From Basidiobolus meristosporus CBS 931.73 (lineage: Eukaryota > Fungi > Basidiobolomycota): a stretch of 64,000 bases of DNA. Within the stretch, counting starts at the first letter, position 1. Each line of letters opens with the position of its first letter. A program made the translations under genes and the position numbers. This document shows, one piece after another, positions 34,900-48,051 of this stretch. A model generated the notes under the pieces. That model made no database searches and had not been told where the DNA came from. It saw only the letters and a program-made list of their open reading frames with translations. Where the stretch lies: NCBI GenBank assembly GCA_002104905.1, contig MCFE01000110.1, forward strand, positions 62,001-126,000, given 5' to 3'.

Positions 34900-37011
34900 A
34901 TGGCAGAACTCACCTCCAGTGATTCCAGCTCCGCTGAATCCGAAGTATTCAACTGTTTGTGGAAGGGTTGCTCTATGACGTTTCCTGATCCTGAAATGCT
35001 ATATATTCACCTGACTGAATTTCACGTTGGTCGTAAATCCACAAACAACCTATGTCTAACTTGTCACTGGGATGACTGCACGGTTAAAACCATTAAAAGA
35101 GACCATATTACTTCTCATCTGCGGATACACATCCCCTTGAAGCCGTTTGTTTGTAAGGTAATGAACTTGCTTGCACCCGCCAAAATATCCTCGCTGACCT
35201 TGGCTCTGTAGAATTGTCTTAAAACATTCAAGCGTCGCCAGGACTTGAAAAAGCACGAAAAAATCCACGAGCCGCATTTTCGTAAACAATCCCACCTCAT
35301 TCCAACCACCATCTTTAGTTGTCACCGGACCGCCTGTGTTGTCCCTATCATGAGAGCTACTCCTGCAAGTGCGCCCATTTCGCCTCCCAATAACATCCCT
35401 GAATTTAGCGATGGTATTGTATTCCGGTGCTTTTTAATTCCCTGAAATCCTAGTCTAAAAGACCTTTCGGTAGCATTTTCGCCTGGTTCCGATTACTCCG
35501 ACAATTTCGATCTTACCACGCCCATAATGAACATAGCCTCCAATGATTTTGTAAATATCAGAGCACAGGATGGCGCCGTCCCCGGCAACTTTGTGTTTCA
35601 AGACCTTGACTTCCAAAGTAATTCGTACGGCTCTGCTGAAGAAGAGAATGTTTCCGTCGGGAAGAAGAGAAATCTCGCTGAGTATGATGTTCAAAGCTTC
35701 TTCAACGACATGAAGAAGCAAAAACTCCCTGCTGTATACAATTCTGGTAATTACTGCTACGTATAGCCCAGGATAGTCCGGATCACTGATCATCTGCTCA
35801 TAGGTATGGCAAGCATCCTGGACAACGTAGGAAAGTTCATCCTCGACGACAGCACAAATCTACTGGATCAACAAACTGAACAAGACAAAGAGCAATACCT
35901 TTCATTCTTTGAAGCGCTCAAAGAGCAAATCGACTTCGATATAACCGATACCTCGCTTGAAGGCCAACCTGACTTCGATGGTGGATACTCATTCGATTTC
36001 TCAAGTAACAATATTCCAGACGGTGATTTCAACTCGAACTCGTCCAACGCACCTGCAGCCCAGCCTATCCTTGATGATTTCACTTTCGGCGACTACGCCT
36101 TGGATTCGCAGTTTTCAGCTCCATTTACCAACGATACGCTGTATTCTCCATGTCCAGTCTTTCCACCCGAAGTGGAGTTAAGCCCGGATGAAAGTGCAGG
36201 GGTGGAGTTTGACATCATGCAGCTCCCAGATGACTCCGGGCTACCCAATGATATATTCCCTCACCTCGAAATAGCGCAACAACCGGAATTCGTGTTTGGT
36301 ATGGCTAGCGAAACTGCTGGAACCATTCCCGTTGACGACTCTTCCGATATCCTGTATCCATTCCTGGACCTAAATTCAGGCCAGCTGTTCGATGCTGCGA
36401 TTGAACCACCGCCTTCCGCCGTTGGCCAAATATACGCCAACCCACTTCGCAAGGGATCTCGTACCAATTTGTCCGCAGTCGAGGTTCAAGACGAATCCAG
36501 CACACCTGAACTGGATTTCAGCATCCCAGAATACACCTCCATCTCGCTGTTCTCGCAGATGAATGCACCCGGACAGACGCATAAAGCTTCCCCCGCTCCA
36601 AACAGCGTCGGTAGAGCTACCGGCTCGGATAGAAGGTCCAAAGATCAATACCGGAAGCGTCTACCCGCCAATCCTCCTATTCATAGGGCTAGGTCAGTGT
36701 CCCCCGCCAAATCCGAATCTCTCCAGGTCATCCAAACATTCGCCGCTCGTAGAAGATCACATAGTGCGATCAACGAGAGTACTAGAGATCTCCCCCTGCG
36801 CCATGAACACAGTTCCCAGAGCAGATCCGCAGCAAGCCATAAAAAGAAAGTTGCACATCTCAATCTGGTGGAGAGCATTATCCAGAAGTTGAGGACTTCT
36901 AACCCCAAGCCGGCAGCCAAGCAATCGGCTGATGAAGATGGCTCACCCGATCTAATGGAGAAACTACAGGCTCGTCTGGAAGCCATTCGACTTGGCGGCA
37001 AAGCTGCCTAA
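34900..37011 (+). CDS. pacC: PacC/Rim101 pH-response C2H2 transcription factor, multi-exon
   Basis: [48 protein letters not shown], and the downstream [14 protein letters not shown] motif. Confidence 0.88.
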
Positions 37012-37364
37012 TGTAACCATACTTGACTGAGGAGAGTGTAATTATAATTAACGCCATATTAACCTGTATTATGTAGTTGCCTGATTTATTTTGAATGGTT
37101 CTTGTATTTTGATTTCTCGGATAGAAATAGCACAAGAGATACCAACACCCTATATATATTGTTTATCCCATGAAATTTTAACCAAGGATTGAGCTCCAGT
37201 AGCTTTCGAGTTCATTCGCTTCCCAAACGTAGTGTACGAGTTCTCTCAAGATAAATGTACTCGCGTTGTCACCACCATGCGTATATTAAACTCCATTTAC
37301 TGTTTTAACAATCAAGTATGGGTGGCATACAGCCATTGATGCGAAGCAGCATTTGTTTAGGAGC

Positions 37365-38084
37365 CTACTCTACGGATGCTCGCCAGCCTAATTTTGTCTC
37401 CAATCGATCCTTCACGAAACTTCTCCATTCATGCTCCAAAATCGAGTAATTCCACGAATCCAACCAAGTCGTTGCATTTAACCGGATACTTTCTCTGCAC
37501 ACGCTCTCCACCTTGACACCGCATAGATTCTCCATCCACCCACGCATCCCCTTGTTATCCTCGGTGGTTTCTACAACCAGCCGGTGCAGATGTAACAACT
37601 CGAAACCATACCACAGCATCAGGTAGAGTGCCTCGGTAGCATAGCCCTTGCCCTGGAAAGGATGGTGGAGTATGATGCCCATACTGGTTTGCATATCTGC
37701 CCAATTGATATGATTCAGACCGCAAAAGCCTACAAGATTCTGATTTTCCTTCGTGTCCTCAAGATCTTCCGTCACTTTGAGTACCTTTGGCCCTTCCGGG
37801 TCTAAAGGGTTGACTTTGGGTTCAATAGGCGTACTCCGCTCCAGCATATGGAATGTCAGTCGCAATCCCTGGGACTGCTCTTCTTTATGCCCTGAGATGC
37901 GCTGACGTATCTCCTCCATGGTCCATCCAGTTGGCTCGTGTGCCATAAATCGAAGGTGTTTCATTGTGCGGATATCGGACATTATTTCGCGCGCTGCTTC
38001 TTCATCCTTCTGGATCGGTGAACGTAGCATCAAACGAGGCGTAGTCAACGTTACCTCCGCTGGGATTTTCGAATTGTTCTCCAT
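37365..38084 (-). CDS. GNAT acetyltransferase, RimJ/RimL-like, intronless
   Basis: TPRLMLR, LVGFCGL, MGIILHHPFQGKGYATEAL, GFELLHLHRL. Confidence 0.85.
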   Translation of the reverse strand: MENNSKIPAEVTLTTPRLMLRSPIQKDEEAAREIMSDIRTMKHLRFMAHEPTGWTMEEIRQRISGHKEEQSQGLRLTFHMLERSTPIEPKVNPLDPEGPKVLKVTEDLEDTKENQNLVGFCGLNHINWADMQTSMGIILHHPFQGKGYATEALYLMLWYGFELLHLHRLVVETTEDNKGMRGWMENLCGVKVESVCRESIRLNATTWLDSWNYSILEHEWRSFVKDRLETKLGWRASVE

Positions 38085-38833
38085 CAGGTTCCTTGAAAGA
38101 ATGCTATCTGTGGTTGATAAATATCGGCGGTACGGCGGACTATATAGGTGGTCGTTTCCCACGAACCTTTGCTGTCATAAGTGATCAACATTACATCTTA
38201 ACAATACCATTCATTCATGACCAATCAGGTGGCGAGTGATTGGCTCGTAAAATATATATAGCAATATCAAGCCACGGTATGTCCATATTACACTAATTAT
38301 GGTCGTTATATTGTTACTCATGGCCTTGAGGTTATGTATGTATTTGTGTATGTACATAGTCAGAAGTGTGAAAGACTCCTTGGGAGCTATATCATACGGG
38401 ACATGAATTTATACATATTAGAGAAGTGCTATCATACTACCATATATGTACTTCTCCAACTTGATGGTTGGGCGCTCCCTTGAGCCTTGGCGTCGTATAA
38501 CAATGTTCAGTACTGAGGCAGAAGATTTTTTGGATTGCATCGATCCAGTCATCTTTTAAGTTGGTGAAAACCGATTGGAGAGTAAATTGTCTGGATCTCT
38601 CGTTTGAATGATGGAGAAATGTACTTATTCCCCCTTTTTACACGAAACCAGTCATCAATTGTCATTCTCAATCTCTTGTAAACATCCCTAACTACTATTG
38701 AGTGGCACAGCTCCCTATCCCGACACGCTACTCTCTACACCCTCTACGTTCATATACACGACCGCGCAATCCCTTGTCATCTGCGGTCCACTTCTGCCCA
38801 CCCGATCGTCGCTTTCTGAACTACTCCGCCATC

Positions 38834-40048
38834 ATGTCGTACCGCGAGAGCTTTAGCCCCAGCGAGGCTGTATCTCGTATTTCAAAGCTCACCGTCGATC
38901 CTTTGAATCACTCTCAAGAACCTAGCTCGGACGCTACATCACTTTCCAATAGTCCGATATCTCGTTCTCTCTTCGAAAAACACCCTCCTTCCTATAATCC
39001 TACCGAAATTTCCAACTCAGCAACCTCACCCGAGAGCCCAAGCAATGAAGAAAACATTAAAGTGTCTGAATCACAACTTACTTTAAGAGCACTTGTATCT
39101 ACCAAAGAAGCCGGCGTAATTATTGGTAAAGCCGGTAAGAATGTGGCTGAATTAAGGGAAGTAACCGGTGTTAAAGCTGGGGTATCGAAGGTTGTCCAAG
39201 GCGTTCAAGACAGAGTTTTGTCGGTAACCGGCTCTCTTGATGGAGTTTCAAAAGCTTATTCTATGATTGGCCAAACCATGTTAGAGAATCCTATTGCTAG
39301 TCCTCCTACCACGCCACTTTCCCCAGTTCAGCCTGTTGCCTCCGGCATCGCCTCTATTCGCCTACTAATTTCTCATAATTTGATGGGAACTATTATTGGT
39401 CGCCAAGGGACCAAGATTAAACAGATACAAGATATCTCTGGAGCTCGTATGGTTGCTTCTAAAGAGATGCTTCCTCAAAGTACTGAAAGAATTGTCGAAG
39501 TTCAAGGAACTACGGAGGCGATAAAGGTTGCCATATGGGAGATTGGAAAATGCTTGATGGAAGATTGGGAAAGGGGAGTTGGAACTGTGCTGTATAATCC
39601 TAACGCTAGAATAAGTCCCAATTACCTACGTCATTCTGAGCATGGCTCCAGACGCGAAGCTACTAGAGCCACAAGTAACGACGGCGACTTTGGACGTATT
39701 ATTTCTCAAAATTATGCTGCCGATGATCTCCATTTGCCTGGTAATCAGGCTCCCTTTCTTAATAGTGCCAACATGACTACTCAGCAAATATCCATTCCGA
39801 GCGATATGGTTGGTTGTATTATTGGAAAAGGGGGATCTAAGATTTCGGAAATTCGACGACTCTCTGGTTCAAGAATCAGCATTGCTAAAGTTCCTCATAA
39901 CGAAACTGGCGAAAGAATGTTTACCATCATCGGTACACCCGATTCCAACGAAAAAGCTTTGTTTTTATTATATAGTCAATTAGAAGCTGAAAAAGAAAAA
40001 CGTATTAATGCTATTACCCCAAGTGGTGAGGAGGCCCCTGTCATATAA
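38834..40048 (+). CDS. HEK2: Triple-KH RNA-binding protein (Hek2/Khd1/Rnc1-like), intronless
   Basis: Three KH domains with GxxG loops: GVIIGKAGKN, GTIIGRQGTK, GCIIGKGGSK. Confidence 0.88.
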   Translation: MSYRESFSPSEAVSRISKLTVDPLNHSQEPSSDATSLSNSPISRSLFEKHPPSYNPTEISNSATSPESPSNEENIKVSESQLTLRALVSTKEAGVIIGKAGKNVAELREVTGVKAGVSKVVQGVQDRVLSVTGSLDGVSKAYSMIGQTMLENPIASPPTTPLSPVQPVASGIASIRLLISHNLMGTIIGRQGTKIKQIQDISGARMVASKEMLPQSTERIVEVQGTTEAIKVAIWEIGKCLMEDWERGVGTVLYNPNARISPNYLRHSEHGSRREATRATSNDGDFGRIISQNYAADDLHLPGNQAPFLNSANMTTQQISIPSDMVGCIIGKGGSKISEIRRLSGSRISIAKVPHNETGERMFTIIGTPDSNEKALFLLYSQLEAEKEKRINAITPSGEEAPVI

Positions 40049-40287
40049 ATCGACCTTTTACACCCACATTTAGACATGTCTTCAAATATCTAGCCGTTCT
40101 TAGCTTTTCGATGCTTGTATCCGATACTATCAATCTTCTCTTTATATATCACCCTTCTCTCATTAGCTCTCTCAATAAACACGAAAATCGATACCTCGCA
40201 TTAGCTAAAGAATCAGCTGTTCCCTATTTTGATGAGATTACACGATTTTATTTATTTTGTAAATCAACAGGAGAACGAAACGAAGAT

Positions 40288-43200
40288 TCATTGGTATCTA
40301 CTAAGAATTTCTCCATAAAGTTCATACATCTAACATGGTGAACCATGGTTAACATGCAAGCCAACATGTTTGTGTAGTGCTGAGACTAACCCTTTTCTCG
40401 TAACCTTCTTTATCGTTGAGATGTGATAGAAGAGAAACTGCCATTTCACTCCACTTCTTTGCTTTGTCAATATCCGAGCCTCTAGAATTCCATCAAGAAA
40501 TCTTCTCTCAAAACAAAGCATCCATATCTCCTTACCCATAAAACTCAATCCCTTTGTTCCAAGCTGTAACGGTCAGCCACTCAATCTCAGTTTGTGGATA
40601 GTCTCCCTATAAATAAATAAGTTAGATTTAATCATTCATCAAGAGCTATTAGTGACAAAACATTACTTTGTTGCACGATTTTAAAATATCTTGGATTTGA
40701 ATAAAAAACTGATACGCAGCCTCCGCATCATTCCTCATTGCAGTCATGACGATTATACGGAACCAATGACTGAATTTGACATAATCCACTAGTTCTTTCT
40801 TCAATATATTATCCAGGACTGCCTAAATGATTGCTTTAGTGCCATTCTTTGAGATTTAAGGAATTTAAATTGTTACTTGTGTTATCAAAAGCAACACTAA
40901 ATTTCCAGTTAGTAACCTGGTACATCATCAATACAGTATCTGATACTAACCAGTTAATGGGCACTCAGTCTCTTTCAAAATAATATCTACATAATGCATT
41001 GTCAGCCATTATTAACCGTATCACCTACGCGTGTCTCACATGGTACCTGCTATTCTCTCGAATACTTGTACATTTAGCTCTTCAGATATACTATCAGCAT
41101 GCTATGGATACATGAATATCTTCACGGTCTATTACATATCGGTCCTTTTACCTGTACAATACCATAGAGATCATCCCATAAGTGAAGTTTTGACTTGGCC
41201 TCGAACCGTAGCACAATCAGTTGCTCATTAATCTCCTTTCCTTCTTCGGAGTTCTTTCGTTTTGAAGGAATGTTCTTCGCTTTGTATGAATTGAGGTTAT
41301 GATATTCGTCAATGTTCTTCAATGCCTGAATTAACATTTCATTCTGAAATAGTGTAATTATTTACTTCGGAGAGGTGAAGATTTGAACAAAATTTACCCG
41401 TTGAGTCGTTTTGGATACGTTTCGAGCGAATAATATTTGTGAGGCGGAACACATGAACAAGCATATCTTTCTTTTCTCGAGGTTTTCTTGATCCTTCTCG
41501 AACATATTTAAAAACTATCAAGGTTTAGATATTGCGGCCTATAAAATATCAATATACTTACCACCAATGCGGCTTCAAAATATTGGTATGTGGGCTCCAA
41601 CTTCTGACTTCGTGCCAACTTTATACCGAGATTCCAACCTGAGTACGGAGCGTGTTTGAATTTCCTACGACACATTAATTCCTATGTTTATTACATACAT
41701 ATCTTGAAGAACCAGGTTATATCCGCCCGAAATTCAGATGCCGACAGACTTGGTGTTTCCCGAATTAACCTCAGTCCTGTATAACGAATATATAAGGGCA
41801 CTAAACCTTCATAACGTAGAATTATTGAAGATACCAACCTTTTTCTATATAAACCCATGCTGTATCTCTGTACGATATGGTAAGTCGCTAAACATATGTA
41901 AAATCTTTCGAATTCGTTACTCTGTTGACTCTTCAACATCATGTTGCTGGGATATATTTAAGCGAACCAGACACCTGCTTGAAGATTTATATGTTACATT
42001 CTTCAAAGCAATGGCTACTAACTAACCTTAGTATTCTTAATTGCTCCGATTCTGATTCAAAAGAATTGGTATGCTGCTTCCAATCATAAAGTAGATGAAG
42101 ACTCTCTCTAAGAATATCTTTGCTTTCGCTTTCATACGCCAAATTGACAACAATGTCAAGAAGGTCCACTGAAAAGTTGATACCATTGCACATTTTTTGG
42201 ATGTTCAGGATAGCTATACTCCAATATTACAACACAGCAACAATATAATAACTCATAATTGTAGTTTCCACCTGCTTGAACGTCATCTTTTTCCAATGCA
42301 AGCCTAAAATAGATAAAGAAATTCAAGGCAGAGTTGGGCTCATACTTCTGTGCTTTTTCCAGTGCTGCATAGGCTGTTTCGACATTTCTATTCTCAATAT
42401 GACACATTGCAATTTTACTAAGAAAATGTTTATCATCATTTGCAAATGATAGTCACAATATCGACACGTGAACTCTACCGTTGTAGCGTTGCTTTGTTCT
42501 TCATATCAGAATTTTCGGTCATGAATCGCTCACTGAACTCGTACCATTTGAGTGCATCGTGAAACTCTCTATCCTATTTGCAGACACATGTTATAAACTA
42601 ACTAACGATAATAAGCAATCAGATTAACGCATTACTCCATATTTATAGTCTCCAGCTTGCCAAAAGATCTTCCTCATTTTAGTATTTTTCGTTAACACTA
42701 GTATTTCTGTGCTTACCATCTGGCAAGTCATTCTTGTATCATCACTAAGGTTCGTATCATACTTCCTTTGATCTAAATTGGATTCATTAATATGGTCTAT
42801 TTAGAGTCATTTCTACACATACCAAATATTACTGATTTGATTTTCTCAATCGTCAATTCTGGACGAAGTTTGTTTTCGAAGGCACTGAGATGAATATACA
42901 CTACTATGAGCTTTTCAAAGCAGTTTGCCTCAACAATCTTCTGACTCATGTCAGCTAAGAATGTCTCCAGCCCCTTCAGCGCCATCTCTGCTCTAAAAGA
43001 AAGTCATTACTTTGCAATTTTCTAACTCTGAAATAATCTATTTACCCAATTAGCTCAGCAGACCGATGTACCATGTATAAATAACTAGAAAACATCATAA
43101 TTTTTAGATGAAAACGAGAATCATACAATAAATGAGACTTTTCACCTTGTCATGTTATCTTCTTTGATTTCACAGGATTTGAGTGCATGAAGGTATGCTA

Positions 43201-45267
43201 TACAACTGCGTTTAGCGTTAATGTTTGTGATATGTCAATTGCTCAAATAACCTTTCTCCATCACTACACGGTCCATGTTTTTTTTATTCATAATCTCGAT
43301 TCTTGAAAGGTATGCTTGCGGACTTGGCGATTCCTAGTTGTTAATATTGTATTAACTGTGACATTTTTGCTACAAAATTAGCTAATTATTGGCTTACCTC
43401 GATCAAAAGATCTGCAGCACTTTCAGCCAGACTAATGTAAGAGTCATCCAGAGTAAGATACACTTTCACTGTTGGTATATGGCTCATTTTAGATAGCATG
43501 TCAGTCACCAAATTTAATCCACACTGCCTACCTAGTGATTCTAAAGTTTGCACCTGTATATTGGTCAATATCCAAATCCTCCAATTTGTAATTAACTTGT
43601 CTTACCAAAACCTTTTTTGACCATACTTCATGCTTTTCATTTCTTCCACAGTCAAGTATACTCACAGCCTTTTTTAACCATTTTGCTGCCTCCATATTCT
43701 CACTTTCAGTATTTTTTTGCTTGCCAAACTCCCTACATGTATCAGCTAGCTCAGCTATCTATTTTCTATCCCAATTAGTAACTTATTAACTGTTGCGCCA
43801 CTTTCATATGCTAAACACCTGCCTCTCTATCGGAAATTTTCGATAGTATTGATGCATCTGAGAAATGTTAGCAAAAGTATACAGATCCAATTTACAGCAA
43901 AATAAATTTACCGGTAATTCTGTCGATCATATAATGTGCTACACCAGAATTGCCCAACTTCCATGCCTAGGCGCTTTAAGTATATTGCTATTTCCAGAAG
44001 GATCTCAAATACATACAATGCGGGCTCGACATAGATAAAATTGAAGCAGATTCTCCGACCGCAAACTTTCATTTGCATCTTTGGCATTTTCAGGGAAATC
44101 GTTAATTTTTTCTTGCAGCTTCGAATTTAGGTTATTACTGGCATTTAAAAGGGCAACAATTTGAAGTACATACTTCATTCAGTTGATTGCATATATCTTG
44201 CGCCTCAATGGTTTCTCCACACTCTGTTTCCTCAAGAGATAAATTAAACAATTCACCCATTTGACATATTATTCTATGCAACCTAGCATATATTTAGCTG
44301 CTTGTGTCCCCAAGTCAATCAGTCTCAGCAACACTTTCAAAATATTAATATCAGACGGGTTTCATGAGATTTTCGTGGAGTTTACTTTGTTCGCTCTCAA
44401 TAAATCCAGTTCCTGCTAATATAAGCAAAAACCCAGCTGTCTTGACTAGAAAAACAACTTTAGAAATGGATTTGACAAAATATGTTTGGTTTATAACTTT
44501 ACGTAGCGCTAGGACTTTTCTAGTGATGATGAAATCAGCTTGGCCATCTTCGGTTCTTTTCACTTTGATTCCAGTGTTCCATAGGTGAACTCCTAAATTA
44601 TTGATGATACATAAATGAAACTATGTAATTAAAGCGTTTTGCTTAGGTTTACCCAAATCTTCAAGTTCCATGGCAATTTCGGTCTGCAATGTCACCGATC
44701 CGGATTGTGATTGCTTAATATCATGTATAAGTTGCTCTAACAATAACTCAATCTGGTCAACATCCTCTCTTTTCTGAAGGTTTTCGGAGATTTCATTGGA
44801 TAACTCTAAAGGGGATAGGTATTTTTATCCCTCTTGGTGAATGGGATAATACGCTATTTGTAAAATACCTCGAAATCTTAAAAGTTTATCACTTGATATT
44901 CCTGGATCAGTAGATTTTTCTCTTGCCTGTTCAAGTTTAACAATGGGTTGGTTACTGGTGATCGTATTAGGTTACTTACTGCTTCTAAAGTTGTCTTCAG
45001 CATCTGGGCGAGAGAACACAAGAAAGATAATAATCAATGGATGACTAGCTCCATGAGCATGCATTTATATACAGGATCAGGATCTGCACTAGTATGATTT
45101 CCTGGAGATGCATACATACACCCTTGAGCATTCAATAACATGCACATACGTCGACTATTTTGCAAAATCTGTAGATAGGCCAAAGTGTTTAAGTTATTGA
45201 TTTGTCCGAAATCATTATAACCTCGGGCGCTTCTATGAGGTAATAACAAATGTACTTGGTCAGACAT
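40288..45267 (-). CDS. SPO22: Meiotic TPR protein Spo22/Zip4/TEX11, many introns (start position approximate)
   Basis: KATLQR...MCHIENRNVETAYAALEKAQKYEPNSALNFFIYFRLAL matches the TEX11 TPR region. C-terminal exon DYPQTEIEWLTVTAWNKGIEFY. Stop at 40288-40290. Confidence 0.78.
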
Positions 45268-46898
45268 ATATTCACAACATAGAGGTCAACTAACCAAGGC
45301 CTCAACCAGGGCACGGGATTTCACATTTGAGGAATATTCTAGCAAATAAAGTGGTTCGAGACAAACGAGTAACAAGATCCTGACTAGAGCTAAGATGTCC
45401 CAGCCACGTTCTGAAATCACAAGCACATAGCTACGAATACCCACCCTTTATCATGTATACAAAGCTTAGGACTGGTTTGTTTCAGACCCAGCTGTCACAT
45501 AATGTGTAGAAATGTCTACATACTACACCGGCAGCAACCTCAGTAGAGTTCTGGATTTAGGTGTTTGGTACCTAGAAAATTCCATAAACTATTAGTAATC
45601 GAATATACGGATGATAAGAATAGGTGAACTACAGTCTCATCAAGCTAGAACCATAAACCATTCAAAACAACATCGATATTACACGTGGGAAACTCCTCCC
45701 CCATCAAAATAGGAAGTGGCGTGATCAATACCTAGCAATCCCCTGAAGCCAATACACCTATGTGTGGGTATATCTGAACAGCAAGAAAAGGTGAATAGGT
45801 ATGATTCAGATTATCGACACAGAAAACCAAATCAGGAAAGAATAACCATTGGTAATTCATTCCTTAATATCGGATTTCGGAATAGACGTTGATATTGAAA
45901 TCCAGGTTACAGCAGCCTATCTAATCAGATATTGTCAAATTTATTCATTTGGTAACCTATCATGACCAATTATACTATAGGATTCTGTCGGCATATCGTA
46001 GCTCACCAATTCCAATTGTTGAACGAGGTTCTGGACTCGTAAAAGGCAGCTCAAAGATACCTATATACCCGATCATGGGCTATGTAATCATTCAATGCTT
46101 GGACAAATACGGGAATGTCTATGCTTGGTATCTTCTTTAATTGGAAGAGGCAGGCTGGCAGCATGAATGAAATTCGGTCGAGTCGGGTATATCCAAGGCC
46201 AAGTTTAATTCCTACACAAGTTGGATCAATCAACCATCGATGATGCTGGATTGGCGTCAGGATGCTTTGACTCATTCACCTGTATTTAACCAATCGGCCA
46301 GCAACAACAGGGCCCTTGGGAGATGCAGGTCGGTATTTCTAGACCTCTCTATATCCAAATGGGATTCGCAGCATATTGGTCAATTTCGTCACTTTGCCTC
46401 TATTTGACTTCAACGCTATTTTGATAGAGTCGATCTTTCTGAGCGATTCCCACTTCTTGTATTACAAAGGAGTGCGCTCCTGCACGTTAATAAAACTAGA
46501 TCCAGCTTTGTTCCAATCAACCATGGGCAGCTGGGAATCACTCAACCCCATTCATTTGGTGGATTTTCGCCTATTTCCTCATAAACTTAGTTTATTTTTC
46601 GCCTATACAGCCCTTATCTATTGCTGGATCTCTATAGATAAGATTGTCTTGTGACGAGGATATGTGGAAAATCCAACCCCAACAGAAAACAAATTTTTAT
46701 AGTCTACTCGGACCTCATGTATATAGACATGCTGTCAACAAAGTATTCTTTTGCACCTTCTCCTCTTGGTGAATTCTTTTTGTTGAGACTCCTTGCGTTT
46801 ATTAATTATATCATTTCTATTCTTATTTTTGCAATTTCTAATTATTCTTGATTGATCTTCTTACTTTACCAACCTACTTCCTTACTTTTACTGTTAAC

Positions 46899-47093
46899 AT
46901 GGATTTCATCATGGTCTAAATCGTTAATACGTGGAGCCCATATCTCAACAAATTAAATAGTCTCTTTTTATAAAAAATCAAGTAGTCCTAAAAAATGGTC
47001 TACCTTAGTACAACAACAACGCAACAATGCCTTCCCCGCCGCGCTAGCCCAGAATTCCTTCCGTGTGAAGAACCTCCCTCTTATCGAAGTTGA
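46899..47093 (+). promoter_or_regulatory. Upstream ORFs of the GCN4-like gene: 46899-46919 (MDFIMV), 46995-47093 (32 aa), 47027-47047 (MPSPPR)
   Basis: ATG-to-stop read directly from the sequence. The location is expected for GCN4/cpc-1/ATF4-type translational control. Confidence 0.6.
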
Positions 47094-47202
47094 ACCAGAA
47101 ATTACCAGCAATCCGTCAGATTTAGTTAATTCTTCTTCCAGCTAAACATTCAAACATCTCCCATTTTACCAAAAATACCACATTTACAGTCTTCCTTACA
47201 AT

Positions 47203-48051
47203 ATGTCGCTTTTTACTTTTCCTATCGAATCCGCTCTGTTAGATATCGCTGACGTTTCGTCATCCGACAGTTACGTGAACGCGTCCATGCTTGAAACTAG
47301 CCAATTACTACCTTCTCTTCAAGGGTTTAATACCAATCTGCCTACTCCCGAGGAGATCGAACACCTATCTTTTTTCGACGAGTGGCTTGCTAACGACTGC
47401 AATGGAGTATTGGCTACCCCTTCATCCGACAAATTCGTTACTCCTCTCGATGATTTCGAAATTACTCCCATCAACGATGTATTCGATACACCATCTTTCG
47501 ATCTTTACAACTCCGCTCTTATTGATGATTCCGTATTGAGCGCATTCCCTTCTCCAGAGTGTGTGTCTCACATGAGTTTCCTGTCTGAGTTATCTACAGA
47601 CTCTGCCCATGATCCTTATACAACCCTTAGCTATGTGAACTATAGTATGCCACAGGAATCTCCTGTGAATATTCAGCTCCCTTCTCCCGCCCAAACTCCA
47701 CGGACTAGCCCAATGTTTTCCAAGCTGAACTTGCGTGAGTCTTGCTCCACCGTTGCAACTGCTGTAACTTCCAACAAGCGTGCTTCGGACGAAGTTGACA
47801 GTGCCGTGATGAAGCGTCAGAAAAACACTGACGCCGCTCGTCGGTCCCGTCAGCGCAAGGTTGAAAGAATCAGCCAGTTGGACAAGCGCACTACTGAGCT
47901 TTTGGCGGAAAACACCAAGCTTAACACCAAGGTGGCCATTTTGGAAAGCGAGAAGAAACATCAGCGCCAGAAAGAGTTGGAGCTTCAAATTCGTATTCAA
48001 ACACTTGAGAACCAATTGGCCGAAGCTCATCGCATTCTCACCGATCGTTGA
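47203..48051 (+). CDS. GCN4: bZIP transcription factor, Gcn4/CpcA-like
   Basis: Basic region KRQKNTDAARRSRQRK followed by a leucine zipper. Acidic N-terminal activation-like region with WL/FD motifs. Confidence 0.85.
   Translation: MSLFTFPIESALLDIADVSSSDSYVNASMLETSQLLPSLQGFNTNLPTPEEIEHLSFFDEWLANDCNGVLATPSSDKFVTPLDDFEITPINDVFDTPSFDLYNSALIDDSVLSAFPSPECVSHMSFLSELSTDSAHDPYTTLSYVNYSMPQESPVNIQLPSPAQTPRTSPMFSKLNLRESCSTVATAVTSNKRASDEVDSAVMKRQKNTDAARRSRQRKVERISQLDKRTTELLAENTKLNTKVAILESEKKHQRQKELELQIRIQTLENQLAEAHRILTDR

Noticed and set aside
47146-47202. Non-AUG N-terminal extension of the GCN4-like gene as in Neurospora cpc-1
   Set aside because: An in-frame TAA at 47143-47145 limits any extension to 19 codons.
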